NCBI GenBank assembly: GCA_964106915.2
Contig: OZ066922.1
Length of the DNA stretch: 64,000 nucleotides
DNA from: Podarcis gaigeae
Lineage: Eukaryota
Direction: 5' to 3' (one strand)
Shown: positions 1 to 13,810 of the stretch, in pieces
How positions within the stretch are numbered: position 1 is the first letter of the stretch
Layout: every line of letters begins with the position of its first letter
Position numbers and translations under genes: made by a program
Notes under the pieces: model-generated
What the model was told of the DNA's origin: nothing
The model's input: the letters and a program-made list of their open reading frames with translations, nothing else
Database searches by the model: none

Positions 1-2058
1 TAATCCACCATCCCACTCCATTTCCTGGATGTAAATGATCCCCATGAAGCTACTATGAACCCTGCAGCAGAATTGTTTTTACAGGTATCTACATTGTACG
101 TGTATATTTTCCCACTGACGGATAATAACAGCATGGAAGGGGATTTGGATCTGGAAAATAGTATGGAGATATGTCTTACCCCACTCTCACAGACCTCTGC
201 CACACCAGTCAAAACTGGAGTTCTGTATCACTACTTAAAAGTGTTTTTTTAAAAGTTGGGGCAATTTGACTATTAATCTCTTGCATCATGCCTGTTTCAA
301 TGGTCAGGTGTTAAGAGAACCCCCTTTTCATTCTCAATCACAGAAAGCTTTGTTGCAATAAATAGGTGATATATATCCTGTATTGTTGCACAGAATCAGA
401 TTTAGTTAGGACTACGAAAGAAAGGCATTCCAAAGCTGGGAAACATTTAACCAGCAAGAACACTTCTCTCCCAGTATAATCTGATTTATGTCTGCTGTGA
501 AGGAAGTCCCATTTAATTCAGTGGAACTGACTCCTACAAAAGTGTCTCGGGACTGTGGCGCCTATGCATTTAGCCCAACTATAAAATGGTGATCTTCATC
601 TTTCCAAGGACACTGCCCTTCGTGAGCAACATCAAATGAACAAGACTATAAAAACAAGAAAACACCATACCCAGAGATTAAACTCTGCCGCCAAAGTATT
701 TGTTGCCAAGTTGTATCATCTGTATGTGATTTTATCAACAAAGTAAACCACAGGCGAGAGGCCATTTACAATTTGATCAGGTCTTCAGGAGATGCTACAA
801 AATTGTTGAGGAGAGCTCCCCCAACCGACACACTTGTGCTTCTTAGCCTTTCCTTTTGAGAAGCCACATCTCCAAATTCAAAGAGAATAAGAATAGAAAG
901 GCAAGCAAAAGGGAGAGGCGGGTGGAAAGAGAGGATATATATTGACCTTCTCCCCAGTGCAGTTAGAACTGTCTTTCCTATTTGTATCAACGGGAAATAG
1001 AGATTGGTGCTCTTATCTCTTGATCAGAATAAGATAAGAACTGGTTGGGGGAGAGGATTCAGAGCCAAGCTTGCGTTTCCCTTAGCAATAGCTGCTGCCT
1101 CTGTAAGCAGGCCAACATTGCCCTTTGAGAACAATGAAACAAGAGGAAGTCAAGATCTCTGGCTGGCGTGAATGGCAAACTTACACATCTTCCACAGATC
1201 AGGCAAAACACAAGAGGCGGGTCAACAGGGTAAATACCAGCTGACCTGAAGGTTATATTAGCACTCAGCTTCTTGTTCTGGCAGTGGTTTTTATAGTGTG
1301 GAAATTGCTGATGCACAAGGGGAGTGTGGGGGAGAAAGTGTGACATATTCCCACACTGCCAATTGGATGAAGCCAACGATATAATGTGATAGAGCTAAGA
1401 ACAGGCATCCTGTGATGATGTATAAACCATTTGCTTATTTTGGATGCTGATGGAAGTTGACAACTGTATCCAGCTTCAACTCACAATAATGTATAATACC
1501 TTAATCTCTTTGTATGAAACCCTTCTAGAAAGCTGCTATTACTATTTGCTTTATGTGATTTTTCTATTAGTACCGAGAATTTAGGCTTCATTGTTGTCTT
1601 TAATTCATGTGATAATTTACCGTGTCAATTTGGCTTATTGCTGTGTATAGTCAGACCTCCTGGGACTGTCCTGCTTCAGAATGCAGGGGTGGGGACCGCA
1701 ACAGAATGTCGCCCTGTGGAGCATCCCTTTGCTATGCCCCAAACAAACAGCCAGCCTTGCCCATCTTCATTGTGCTTCATTCCATTGCCCCTCCTTCCCA
1801 ATCAGGTAGCATTCTATGGCCACAGAGCACTCCCAGTCCTCATTGGACTGCTTTGAGGATTGTTCACTCCACAGGGCTTTTTCCTAAAGATTTGTATACT
1901 TCTGCAAACTCTGGCTCCCCTCCCTGTACCAGATTTTGGACTACAACTCTCATCAGACCCAGCCAGCACAACATACTCCTTTCCCCAGGAATGTAGTAGG
2001 ATTAAGTGGATGGTAGAAGCAAATGCATGCCCATGAATGTTAAAGTCTCATGTCATCT

Positions 2059-2407
2059 AAAGGTAAAAGGTAAAGGACCCCAGGACGGTTAAGTTCAGTC
2101 AAAGGCGACTATGGGGTTCCGGCGCTCATCTCACTTTCAGGCAGAGGGAGCCGGCGTTTGTCCACAGACAACTTTCCGGGTTGTGGCCAGCATGACTAAA
2201 CTGCTTCTGGAGCAACAGAACACTGTGATAGCAGCGCACGGAAACACCATTTACCTTCCCACTGCAGTGGTACCTATTTATCTACTTGCATTGGCATGCT
2301 TTCAAACTGCTAGGTTGGCAGGAGCTGGGACAGAACGGGAGCTCACCCTGTCGTGAGGATTCGAACCGCCAACCTTCTGATCGGCAAGCCCAAGAGGCTC
2401 AGTGGTC
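2059..2407 (-). mobile_element. Sauria SINE (Squam1 type), slightly 5'-truncated
   Basis: The + strand starts with an (AAAGGT)n-like run, the reverse of the (ACCTTT)n Sauria tail. B-box reverse GGATTCGAACC at ~2357. Body motifs 'tacctatttatctacttgca' and 'ctgctaggttggcagg' are shared with the other copies in the window. Confidence 0.85.
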
Positions 2408-3964
2408 ATAAGCTACAGCTCATGAGGTTTATTTTGAATTATCAATTAACCCAAATAATAAATACCACCTTGGTTTAAAAAAATCAGTGGTCAGGGGAGG
2501 AACAGAGACTTTACCAATATAGAATTGGTTGTGTATGCACTATACATTCTTTTCCTAAAATTTTTTAGGACACTTACATCAAGATCTTTTGGGAAAGTGA
2601 TGTGTGCGCGCACTTTCTCCTGTCTCTTGCAAGGAATAAACGTGGCCAGAGGTAGTGGCATCCTTGGCATTTGCTCAAATATCCAAATGTGCTCCTAAGT
2701 TTAAATAGGTTGGCAACCCCTGATCTTCTTGGTTCAATTAACATGCCAGTGCACTAGCTCCACCCCCCAGTTACTATCCATATCACTTCCATGAGTTGGA
2801 GGGTAACTGTCCACATTGGACAGTCTGTTCTACTCATGTAGGCTCACCGGATGATGTAGAATTCCAATTTTCCAGCCAAGCATCAACTCATAGAGTTATG
2901 GTGGTGGGATGCCTGAATAGGGCTCTGGACTTCAGCAGAGCTGAATTCCAGGTAAGTGTACATAGAACTGCAACCTTAGCTAAGAAATCTTGAGCCCAGA
3001 GGAGCAGGAAGTGAGAATGCTGAACAATAATTCAAATATAGTAATTCAAATGCAACAAAGACATCTAATCTACAGGCAGGCCCATTGCAGAATGTGTGGT
3101 AGGCTTATCTTATATAAATAGCACTGCCGATTCACAGCGGTATGTAAATTCATATAATAAGGAAGACATGAGTTTGATGACATGTATAATCCCTCTGTGA
3201 ATATACTATTCACCCAGTGAAGAACTGCAGCTATTTTTCAATTATACCAACATGCAGTGCATTCAGAAAAGGGAAGGGTGGTTGAATAAAAATACAATTA
3301 ACTCTGTGTCTGTCTTTGCTAATTTATACCAGCTGAACATATGGGCCTCTATTTCTTTGTCATGAGTGAGATCTCTGTAGAAAGAGACATTACTCTAAAT
3401 ATCCTATCTTTTTTCTCATTTTATGCCTTAATAAGATTACAAGCAGCTTGTGCTCTTTTGCACGTAAAAATATGTATTCTCCCAAATCAGTACATATGTC
3501 TATCATAAACATACTACCATACTATATGTTCCTTTTGGCCTGATCCTCAGAATGGCAATTTAAAAATAAATAAATAATTTATCTGCCCTGCTCCACACAT
3601 GAAATATCTCATAGCAAAAGTAATCATAGGTTACCTTGAAAATGAAAAGGGGGAGGTGCTCTGAAGAGAGCAGAGGAGGATTCTTACAACTCTTTTTTCC
3701 CACCAGGGGAGTGCAGAAATGGAATGGAATGGTGAGTAAAAACATGCAAAAGTGATATGGATTGGAAATCAATTTGTCTATTCCTTCTTCAAACACTGGT
3801 TATGTCTTATGTGGTCAAGGATTCAGTGGAATAACAAGGTAATTGTAGACTCTGTACTTAATGTTCTTATGTGGGTATCCTTTAGGCATCCATGTGTCAA
3901 CTACAGAACACACCACTAACATGTAATATGCCCAGCCAACTTCCCCCTGAGCATAAAATACTAG

Positions 3965-4300
3965 TACGGAACCTGTAACCCATCTGATGGTGCTGGACTA
4001 CAACTTAGAGCTGCCTTATGTCCAGATTTTCCTGGATGTTACTGGGATTTCAAAGCCGGAATTGATGTCCGGGGAGAATTTCCGAAAGGTGGCACTTTGT
4101 CCTGCATCTTAGGCAAGTCAATTGGAAAACAACTCTAAAATAGCTCCACGATTAAAAAGGCTCAACAACTTTCGGGGTGTCCTGGTTTTTACTTTTTTAA
4201 ATATGGCAACCCTACTACAACTCCCATCATTCTTGATGATTGGTCCTGCTGGCTGGGGCTGATGGGAGTTGGAGTCTAGTAAATCTGTAAGACTACAATA
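3965..4300. mobile_element. Old palindromic MITE-like repeat, interrupted by a hAT MITE
   Basis: 'ggactacaactcccatca...gatgggagttggagtc' forms an internal inverted repeat. Related pieces lie at ~1925-1995 and 63955-64000. Boundaries are approximate. Confidence 0.55.
4006..4214. mobile_element. Non-autonomous hAT-type DNA transposon (MITE)
   Basis: Imperfect TIRs TAGAGCTGCC / GGCAACCCTA. Exact 8-bp TSD CTACAACT at 3998-4005 and 4215-4222; an 8-bp TSD is the hAT hallmark. Confidence 0.8.
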
Positions 4301-4325
4301 ATTATTTTTTAAGGATACTGTTCTT

Positions 4326-4786
4326 TGTTGTTGTTTAGTCGTTTAGTCGTGTCCGACTCTTTGTGACCCCATGGACCAAAGCATGCCAGGCACTCCTGTC
4401 TTCCACTGCCTCCCACAGTTTGGTCAAACTCATGAGGGTGGCTTTGAGAACAATGTCCAACCATCTCGTCCTCTGTCGTCCCCTTCTCCTTATGCCCTCA
4501 ATCTTTCGCAACATCAGGGTCTTTTCCAGGGAGTCTTCTCTTCTCATGAGGTGGCCAAAGTATTAGAGCCTCAGCTTCAGGATCTGTCCTTCCAGTGAGC
4601 ACTCAGGGCTGATTTCCTTCAGAATGGAGAGGTTTGATCTTCTTGCAGTCCATGGGACTCTCAAGAGTCTCCTCCAGCACCATAATTCAAAAGCATCAAT
4701 TCTTCGACGATCAGCCTTCTTTATGGTCCAGCTCTCACTTCCATAGATCACTACTGGGAAAACCATAGCTTTAACTATACGGGCCT
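4326..4786 (-). mobile_element. Bov-B (RTE clade) LINE, 5'-truncated 3' end
   Basis: Minus-strand ORFs encode the RTE ORF C-terminus (KAMVFPVVIYGSESWTIKK...DAFELWCWRRLLRVPW...SLEKTLML.KIEG.RRRGRQR.RWLD). There is an in-frame stop near 4563 and a (CAA)n tail. Confidence 0.95.
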
Positions 4787-6232
4787 TAGACTGCAGCAAT
4801 CAGCATCAGCCCAGAAGCGACACTGGGGAGAGCTGTGCTCTGCAACTCTGTTCTTCGGCTTTAAGTCCAGCAGTAGCACTGAAAGGATTGTGCCCAATAG
4901 GACTAAAAGATTACATCTAGTAAGTGGTCCAAACTTGAAACATAACTAAACAGTGAAGATATTTTTTACATCCTGAAACTACTGAAAAACCCTCCAACAA
5001 GCTTAAAATAAGCCTTGCACTTCATATTTCTAAGTCATTGGCAGGAATAGTAATCTTACGCAGCTTAATGTACACTATTCAATATGAGTAATAAACATAT
5101 TGATCATTATACTTCTCTTAGCTGATGAGGCAACTTTGGTGGATGAAACCACAATGCCATATGGTTTCAATGTGCTTAATATAGTTCTCCAAATAACCAC
5201 CATAAATTCTAATTAAAAATTATACAGGGCATTTAATAGAGAATTCCAGCATATTCGTCTAAACTGCCATTACAATAATATTACTGCAGGTGAAATGCTG
5301 TTTAAAAGGGGGACAAAGAAGTATTTAAATGCTTACCAGCTAACTACAGTTTATAGGATTTGGAGTGACACTAATTTTAACCTTTATGTCTCACAATATA
5401 AAGCATGATTAATGAATGCTTTTCATTAATTGGAAATGACACCAAAATAAAATGAATCGTTTCTCTAACTGTGTTCAAATTAAACTAAAGCAGTGCAGTT
5501 TTTGTGTTGTGTGAGATCCAGCATCTTATTAGAATTTTAAATGGAAACATTCTTTTGACAACGAAAGCCCAGTTTTGGCAAAGGATGAGGTAATGGATGC
5601 TTATAACTTAAATTTAGAGGAATCTTAATCCCAAACTGCTGTTTGCCAAGGTAATGCTATATGCATTCATTTCCCAATGTTTATTTGTCAACAAGTTAAA
5701 TGATCCTGGTGACTCAGTCTTCAGAATGTATTGGCACTAAAACTAGTTTCTAAAAGAACACAAAATTATCTACTAAATACAAATAGTAATAAGTTAGTAG
5801 GTTAGAACAGATATACCTGATGTGGCAGAAAACTCAAGGTTTCTTTTAGAATCTGATGGGAATAAGTCAAGACACCAGCCAGACTTTCTGTAACCAATAG
5901 TTCAGCTCCTGGCTAAAATGACTCTACCTGTCTTTGTTCCAAGGTAAGATAATTGCTTAAAAGACATTAAAAAAGGATTTTTTTGTCCTCCTGGAAATCC
6001 AAGTGATCAGTAAAGGTTACTTTGCAATAAGAAGTTTCTATTCTACCTTTGGCCAAAATTCCAGTCCTCTTTCTTAATCATGAATTGAGCTTTGGACAGG
6101 CTGTCAACCTGGCATGTCTTTGAAATTCCATTTAATTCATATTGCCACTATCATTATCATTCACATATTTACACTGGCTGCCACAACCACATCTAGTGGC
6201 TTGATTGGCTCTTTGGGTGATTCTTGGCCATA

Positions 6233-6526
6233 GTGCTGGTGTGGTATAGTGGTTAAGGGTGGTAGACTTGTAATCTGGTGAACCGGGTTCGTGTCTCCAC
6301 TCCTCCACATGCAGCTGCTGGGTGACCTTGGGCTAGTCACACTTCTCTGAAGTCTCTCAGACTCACTCACCTCACAGAGTGTTTGTTGTGGGGGAGGAAG
6401 GGAAAGGAGAATGTTAGCCACTTTGAGACTCCTTAGGGTAGCGATAAAGTGGGATATCAAATCCAAACTCCTCCTCCTCCTCCTCCTCCTCCTCCTCCTC
6501 TTCTTCTTCAACTTCTTCTCTTCTTC
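6233..6526 (+). mobile_element. tRNA-derived SINE, Squam3-like, with (CTC)n(TTC)n tail
   Basis: A-box 'tggtatagtgg', B-box-like 'gggttcgtgtc', core-like 'gtgaccttgggctagtcac', LINE-like 3' end and a simple-repeat tail at ~6468-6526. Confidence 0.75.
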
Positions 6527-8659
6527 ATGCAGCATAGAGTTGAATTTGGAATTTGCTAGCACAAGATGTTGTAATCACCACCACCTTAGATGGCTTTTAA
6601 AAAGGGATTACACAGATTCACGGGGTGATATTGATCTTAGTCATATTCACTGAAATTAATGGACTTGTTAAACCAATTGATTTTAATGAGTCTTATAGGA
6701 GTATGACTAACATTGGATATCATCCCATGGAACGTAATGGCTGCTAATCATGTTCTTTCCTGGTATATGATTTCTATGAAACACAAGATAATGTATTGAA
6801 AGTCATCTAGCACAGAAAAAAATGAAATCCAGTATTTAAAATTCATGACATTCAAACCACACATGGTCAAAATTAATGTTTGCAAACCTTGCCCTCTCTA
6901 ATATTACAGTATTTGTTACACTGTGGAATTTAAAACAAGTTTATTGTCATGCTTGCCATGATCGTGTTTTGAGATCTGTGGTAGAAGATCTGGTGGGTAA
7001 TTTACGAAAATCCCTTTATGCTATATCTAAAGGACTGTGGGAGATTTGAAACACTTGAGGCTTGTTGCTTGGCAAACCTCTGGAAAATTACAATTTTTAC
7101 TGGCTGAATAATACTCAAACCCTTGTCTTCCAACCAAAACCAAATTTTACAGTATCCAGGAATCATGAGATCACACATTTTGCCTAATAGCACCTCTTAA
7201 AAATCAAGTATTAGGTTCCAGTTTTAAGCTTGTAAATTCATATATAAGATTCATAGACAGCATAAGGGCATTTGAACCTATAAAAATATAACACATGAAT
7301 AAATACATAATCACAACTTAAATGCAAGATGAGAAATCAAGATCCATTGGCTTAGATGTTGGAAGTCAAAATGATGCCATAGCTAGTAAACAACACCGAA
7401 CTACAGTGACACATAAAAATAAAAGATTAAGAGTGGTGTTCGAAGAAGGATGAAAAAAAATTACACCAGGACTGAAAATTTATTTCTTGGCATTGCAAAA
7501 TATAACTTTTTAAACATACCACAAAGTTTGGAACATTAAAATGCTAAATATGTGCTGAAATTTGATGGAGTCCTTTTGAGAGGAAATGGACTTCATCAAT
7601 GATTGGACGTCCATACAACATTGAATTGGTTTCATACAGCAGTGACATGTGAATACACACAGAAATAGGTTTGTGTCAGATCAAATGTGAAATGAAGGTT
7701 CCCTGCTATATGAATGATCCTGCATGATCCTCAGGCTTGCACACACACCCTTTTTATGCATACCAGAGGAAGAGATTCAAAGATCTCCAAGATGTCTGAA
7801 CATGAGGACCTGTGGTTTGGTTGAACTGTGATTACTGAGAAGAAGCCAGGATCATGGGGAACTGGTCCTTGAAATTCATAACAAAGCTACTAGAGACTGA
7901 GTGCACCTAGGTCCCCTAAATTCTGCTTTGTGCTTGATTTGTAGGGGGAAATGCAAACAGTCCTCCAGCCAAATTTCCAATATCACTCAGCCATCAGAGG
8001 ATTGTTAGAGCCAAATAGACCTGAAATAAAGGCATGCAGCTTTTACTTTTATTTATGTAGACAAATGCTGAGAAGCTACATTCAACTCATAGACCAGCTG
8101 TATTGCTGGATACTTACATAGCTTGCTAACTGCCTACTGTAAATTCATGCTGAGCAGTAATCCATCTATCATTACAGTTACAGGTGTTTGGTTCTTGCCT
8201 ATAGACAGGATCTGTAGTACTGTCGGCAGTCACCATATGGAATATCTTACATGTTGTTTGCAGTGGTAGCAAAACTGAATTGTTAATCACACTGTCATAA
8301 AACATAAAGCCATGGAAACCAAATAAAGCAATAGGGGTCCAGCTTTGAAAACTGAAATTGTGCAGGAGGTATGCTTTAAGATGTGCAGAAAATTCATTCC
8401 TTGATAGATTCACTGTGCCGAGTTTGATGGTGAATGAGCAACAGACCTTGGTTAATAGCTTGAGGGCTACAAATTATTATGATGTGACGGGAATAATCCA
8501 CAGAGCCTGAAGATAAGGTTTTCCTGAGCTGGTGCCCCAAAGTTGAAAACATTTCTGCTTGAATGTTGAATGTGCCTTATCTTCAGAGCACTCTTACCAT
8601 ACTTGTGCAAAAACATTTTATGCTTGTTGGGAAGAGGGATGAGCTCAGAGTATTTAGTT

Positions 8660-8711
8660 GGAGTTTTCAAACCACTAACTACAAAGGAGTTTTCAAACCA
8701 CTAACTACAAA
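8660..8711. repeat. Perfect 26-bp tandem duplication
   Basis: GGAGTTTTCAAACCACTAACTACAAA occurs twice, at 8660-8685 and 8686-8711. Confidence 0.95.
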
Positions 8712-8854
8712 CTCTCGACAGAGGATCAGCTGGAAACTATTTACTCTGAAACAAGTGTTTTGCAAAACACAACAATATCTTAGTTTTTCCTACATAAACC
8801 ATGAGACTCCTTATCAGCTTTCTCCAGATTGTTTGGGGACTGTGATATCAAAGC

Positions 8855-9150
8855 TCAGGATGTTTGACTGTTGTAACGTTTTTGTATGCGGCTGTCACTT
8901 TTTGGGATGTGATTTTCCCTGGCATAATGAATTTGTATGATATTTTCACTAACATATGCATTTATATGCACACTTTACACAAGTATATGATTTTTTGTAC
9001 ATGTTCCTTGTCTGGAGAACTGGACTGCAAAATTCAGAGAAGTGAATTTTGGAAGGATAATTGTGTTTCAGCGAGCATCTTGTTGTAGAAAGTGCAAATT
9101 AAGCAAGTTCTCTTTTAAATGGGAACTGTTTCATATTTCTCCTCCATCTC
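8855..9150 (+). mobile_element. Old AT-rich dispersed repeat (AGGGATG...CATCCCT-ended family), degraded
   Basis: Shares 'aaaattcagagaagtg(a/c)aatttt', 'atatgcattt' and 'ctccatc' with 13019-13810, 25446-25755, 46600-47320 and 51645-52010. Confidence 0.5.
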
Positions 9151-11136
9151 TACATATGAGTGGAACCCAGTCTTCTCCTGCTTGTCCGCATTTGCATATA
9201 TCTTTAACAGAAATACAGCATTTTTGCACAAATGCAAGCTTCGTACATGAAAAGTTGGGTCTAAGTGCTTTGTTTGTATTCACCTATGTGCAAAAATATG
9301 AAAAAGAGAAACCTGTTTCTCACATATTAACCCTCAAAAAGTGCAAAAATAAACAATAAAATACAATTAAAAATAAATATGAATATTTAATGCATACATG
9401 CCACTCACCACCTGAATGAAGCTCATGGACCACTGGTGGTACCCAAAACACAGTTTGTGAACCATTGCTCTTTGTGAAGGGATGTCTCATCTAAAGATAA
9501 AGATCTATATGGAGGAAGGGCCTTGAAGAAGAAGGGCGATGAATTTCCCATCAAATTTTCATAGTTGGACAGCAGGCTAAACAAGCACAGCTGGAGCGGG
9601 AAGGAGTGTTACCTGGTGACAATATATCCCAATATGGCCAGTTATATATATTATATTGTAATTTGTATCTCTACATATATTATTAGCATATGCAAACTTT
9701 ATGCAAATATGTGTCTGTATTTATTTTCTTTTTGAGCAATATATATCTTCTTTTCTGACGATAAGTGGCCACTCAAGTTTTCTAACATGAGCATACCCCA
9801 TGCTTAAATCTCTTCCACTTTCGCTTGCCTCAAATAAATAAAGTGATTGTGCAGGTTGGCAAACTCTACCTGCCTATAAGTTGAGGCAGATGTAGATTCA
9901 GCTGCTAAACTGTAGGATGATGTAAAGAAATATATGCTGTTCAATACTCCTTTTTAAATGGTTGAGTTTCTGCTGAGTCTAAGTATTCTTTGAACATATC
10001 AATAATTCAAAAGTTATTCTTAGAAAAGTCTGATTTTCATCTCTGTGCAAAGACTGCTTGTAGACTGCAGTGCTACTATTCAAGGCTTGTTACTGATAAA
10101 ATTAGAGAGAGAAAATGTCATAGCAAAAGATAGAGAGTGAAAAAGACAGAGCAAACAAAGTGTGCAAAGAAAGTTGGAAGTAATACTGGAGGAGTTTATT
10201 GGTAAGTGGCATTTGAGATTTCCCCCTGTTTATTTTTTCCGGGGGAAATTAAGTGTGTGTGTGTGTGTGAGCTACAATGCTATTTCCTAGGCAATTTTGA
10301 ATGTGAATATGCTTACACACAAATAAGCAATAACTAGTTTTGTTTGACTGGAGGAGACATGGTTGGCATTCCTGATCACTGCAGGAACTCATAGATTACA
10401 TCGGTGATGAAATTTGTGAACCCCACACTGAGCATTACAGCAGAAGCAGGGAATTAGATATGGAAGGCATTTTGCTTATGAGGTTCTTGCAAAACAATAC
10501 GAATCAGCCCTGAAAATTAGCAATATCAGAATTTTCTGCTGGATATTAAGAGTTGACTGTTAAGGACTTTTATTCCTCACTAGCTACACATAAGCAGTCT
10601 CATGCCTAGCATCTCTGAGAGCTAAGAAATTAAAGATCCTATTAACCCTTGAAGGAGGATTACTCTGAAACTGATGGAAACTTTGTACGCTAAAGCATTT
10701 TTGCAAAAAGGTATGGCGGTCTAGATCTGTGGTGGGAAGCCTCCATGTCCATGAACCAGATGCAACCCTCAGTCCCATCCACCTGACAGTGTCAGAAGTG
10801 GATTGGGTAGGTTTCCCCCCTTGTTTGCTTTTTGACAAGGACTTCCTTTGTGGTAGTGGCACAACTGCAGCAGAGGCTAGCTGGGAGCAGCTTCCCTCTT
10901 GCTTACTCCATCTGCAAAAATCTGGCTAGTCTCCTACTCTTGTATCCATAATTCCAGTGTTAGCTACAGTGATGAAGATGGAGGGAGCTGAGAAGAGGCA
11001 AGGCAATCAGCCAGACCCAGGACAGGAGGAGGAGCTGGTTGAGGTAGAGGTTAGCCAAGGATCTTCCTCTTATCCTTTCCCATCACTAACTCTGTGCTTT
11101 TGCCTTTCAGGATGAAGAGGAGGAGGGTTTTTTCCC

Positions 11137-11763
11137 ATCCATATCTTTCTGGTATAATTACTCTGTATATTCTTGCCACCTCTTCTTGATGTCTTCTGCT
11201 TCTGTTAGGTCCTAACCACTTTTGTCCTCTATTATGGTAATCTTTGTACGAAATGTTCCTTTCACATCTCCAATTTTCTTGAACAGATCTCTGGTTCTTC
11301 CCATTCTGTTGTTTTCCTCTATTTCTTTGCATTGCTCGTTTAAGAAGGCCTTCTTGTTTCTCCTTGCTATTTTTTGGAAATCTGCATTCAATTTCCTGTG
11401 TCTTTCACTATCTCCCTTACATTTTGCTTGCCTTCTCTTCCCTGCTATTTGTAAGGCCTCATTGGACAGCCACTTTGCTTTCTTGCATTTCCTTTTCATT
11501 GGGATGGTTTATGTTGCTGCCTCCTGTATAATGTTGTGAGCCTCCATCCATAGTTCTTCAGGCACTCTGTCCACCAAATCTAAATCCTTAAACCTGTTCC
11601 TCACTTCCACTGTGTATTCATAAGGGATTTGATTTAGAGTGTATCTTACCGGCCCAGTGGTTTTTCCTACTTTCTTCAGTTTAAGCTTGAGTTTTGCTAT
11701 AAGAAGCTGATGATCTGAGCCACAGTCAGCTTCAGGTCTTGTTTTTGCTGACTGTATAGAGCC
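11137..11763 (-). mobile_element. Bov-B LINE internal fragment (between endonuclease and RT domains), truncated at both ends
   Basis: ORF 11212-11499(-) KKAKWLSNEALQIA...KAFLNEQCKEIEENNRMGRTRDLFKKI is the characteristic Bov-B ORF segment. No 3' tail is present. Confidence 0.92.
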
Positions 11764-13018
11764 CCCATCTCTGCCCCCATCTACTTTCCAACATCTCTCT
11801 CAATTTCTCAGGTCAGAAAAAGAGGAGAGATTGCAGCAAGAGAAGAAGAGTGGCTTTGCCCATGATCTGCTCTGCTCAGTGTTGGCTCCTACCCTTGGTT
11901 TACAATCCCCATGGATAAACAAACCTTCATGGGGTGTGGGAAGCTGTCTGGTGCTAGTCTAGAAAGCCAGGCTTACAACTTCAAGAACTGAAGTTCATGA
12001 GCCCCATTTACATTATGAAATCTTTTTGTGGCCTTAGGGAAGTAATCATGTCAGGCCTCTGTTTTCATCGGTGCAACATGAATTATACTAGCCTGCCTCT
12101 ATAGGTTAGTTAAGGTGAACAAACATGAGAAGTTGAAATGACCAGTAGTCAAATTTAACATTTTGGCAAGACCGATTCAAGGCAGCCTGCTATCCATTAC
12201 CTTATTCCTGGAAAAAGAAAAGTGGCCGAGCCATTTGTTTAATGTTACCCATGTTTCAGCAATGGTTCCAAATGGTGAGTGTGTGTGAGATATGTAGTCA
12301 TTTCAACCTTCTTTTAGTAAGTTCCTCCCCACCCCTTCTGCACTTTTCTTTACCTCTGCCCCATCTCCCATTGCTCTCATATTTCCCCACAGCTTTACCT
12401 TATGTGGAAACCTCGTCCATGTTCATATGAATATGGAAACCTTCCAAAATAGCAGTGCTGAGATGTACTTGGATTACTCCCTAGAGCACCTGAAATGCCA
12501 GGAAAGAAAATCAGATATATTTGGCATCAGATCTGAAACACAAGGTCATTATATGGACTATTAAATTTTGATAATATAGGATAATAAAGATGTTGGTGGA
12601 ACTAGATCAGAGATCACATGTTTTAGAGAACTTATAAGATGTATTTCAGGTGACTTCATTCAGGCTGAAATAATAACCAGAGCTATTGTATGAAGGGCTG
12701 CTGAAGCACATATTTGGGACCAAAAAAAAGTGGATTCAGACCTGAAAAGAGGAACATGACTGTAATCATTCCACCTTCTTTTGTTATATCCAGACCCCTG
12801 CCATTAGCTGAGCATTCACATCAAAGCACCCTTACAAATATCCTTTTTTATTTTCACGGAACCCAACAGCTGCACAGTAATAAAGGTTTTCTTTGCATTG
12901 TACAGTCCCTCTCAAGGCCCTTGTAAACCTTGGTGCTGTTGGAGCTCTCCCGGGATTATTCTTGATCTAGACTGTGGGGTGGGTGCAGGAAATTGAAAGT
13001 ATGAATACTGTTTCATAT

Positions 13019-13810
13019 TAGGGATGGGGAGACATTTGGTTTGGTTTCCATTTTGAAGTGAATGCACCTAATTTGCATGAGCCAAACCAACATGCGGACT
13101 AAAGCACAGCTCTTTTTCGAAATCCATATACTGTATTCCAAATTTCTATGATGCAGTTCTTCAGCCAAATAATGCGTACAAGAATATGCATATTAGGGGG
13201 TATTGTGCTTTAAAATGTGTATATTGTGGACATGTTAAATAGCATTATATTATTGATTGATTTACCAGTCCTATATGTTGCCCTTTGGTGATAAGTATAC
13301 CTCAACAAAAACATAAAAGCAATACCATAAAATACAGGTAAAATATAATAAAAAAATCATAAATGTAAAACACAATAGGAAAAAGCAGTTTTGAATTATT
13401 TGACACTTCCAGACCAGTCCAATTGTATATCAACTAACAACTCTTCACCGTATCCCCCCCAAAAGTCTGCTAAAGCAGACACAGCTCAATCTGTTTCCTG
13501 AAAGAATAAAATGAAGAGGCCTCAGTGAGGTGGGAATTCACCACATGCAGACCCCTTCCTTTGCATTATATGTACCTCCCTCTATGAAGAAGGCCTTGTC
13601 TGCAGATCTCAAGTCATGGGCAGGTCTATATGGGAGCAGGCATTCTCTCAGACATTCGGGCCCCAGAGCTTTGAATGTAATGGTAAGCATTTTAGAGGAA
13701 ATTACTTGCAAAGATGTGCAGGTTAGGCAAAAGAACCTACAGTAATGTGTATATTAAGAGAAATGCACACTAAAGTGCTGACAGTTTTTTATGATGACTT
13801 TAAAAAAACC
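13019..13810 (-). mobile_element. Same old AGGGATG-ended repeat family, split by an L2-like fragment (~13250-13680)
   Basis: Begins TAGGGATGG and is reverse-similar to 8855-9150. The middle contains L2-like 'gcagatctcaag...tatatgggagcaggcattctctcagacat..gggcccc'. Boundaries are approximate. Confidence 0.45.

Noticed and set aside
2842-2951. Exon-like segment ending CAG|gtaagt
   Set aside because: It overlaps a degraded copy of the palindromic repeat family and the peptide is unrecognisable.
5122-5170. CTGATGA...GAAAC hammerhead-like words
   Set aside because: Helix III could form, but helix II and helix I do not pair, so this is probably chance.
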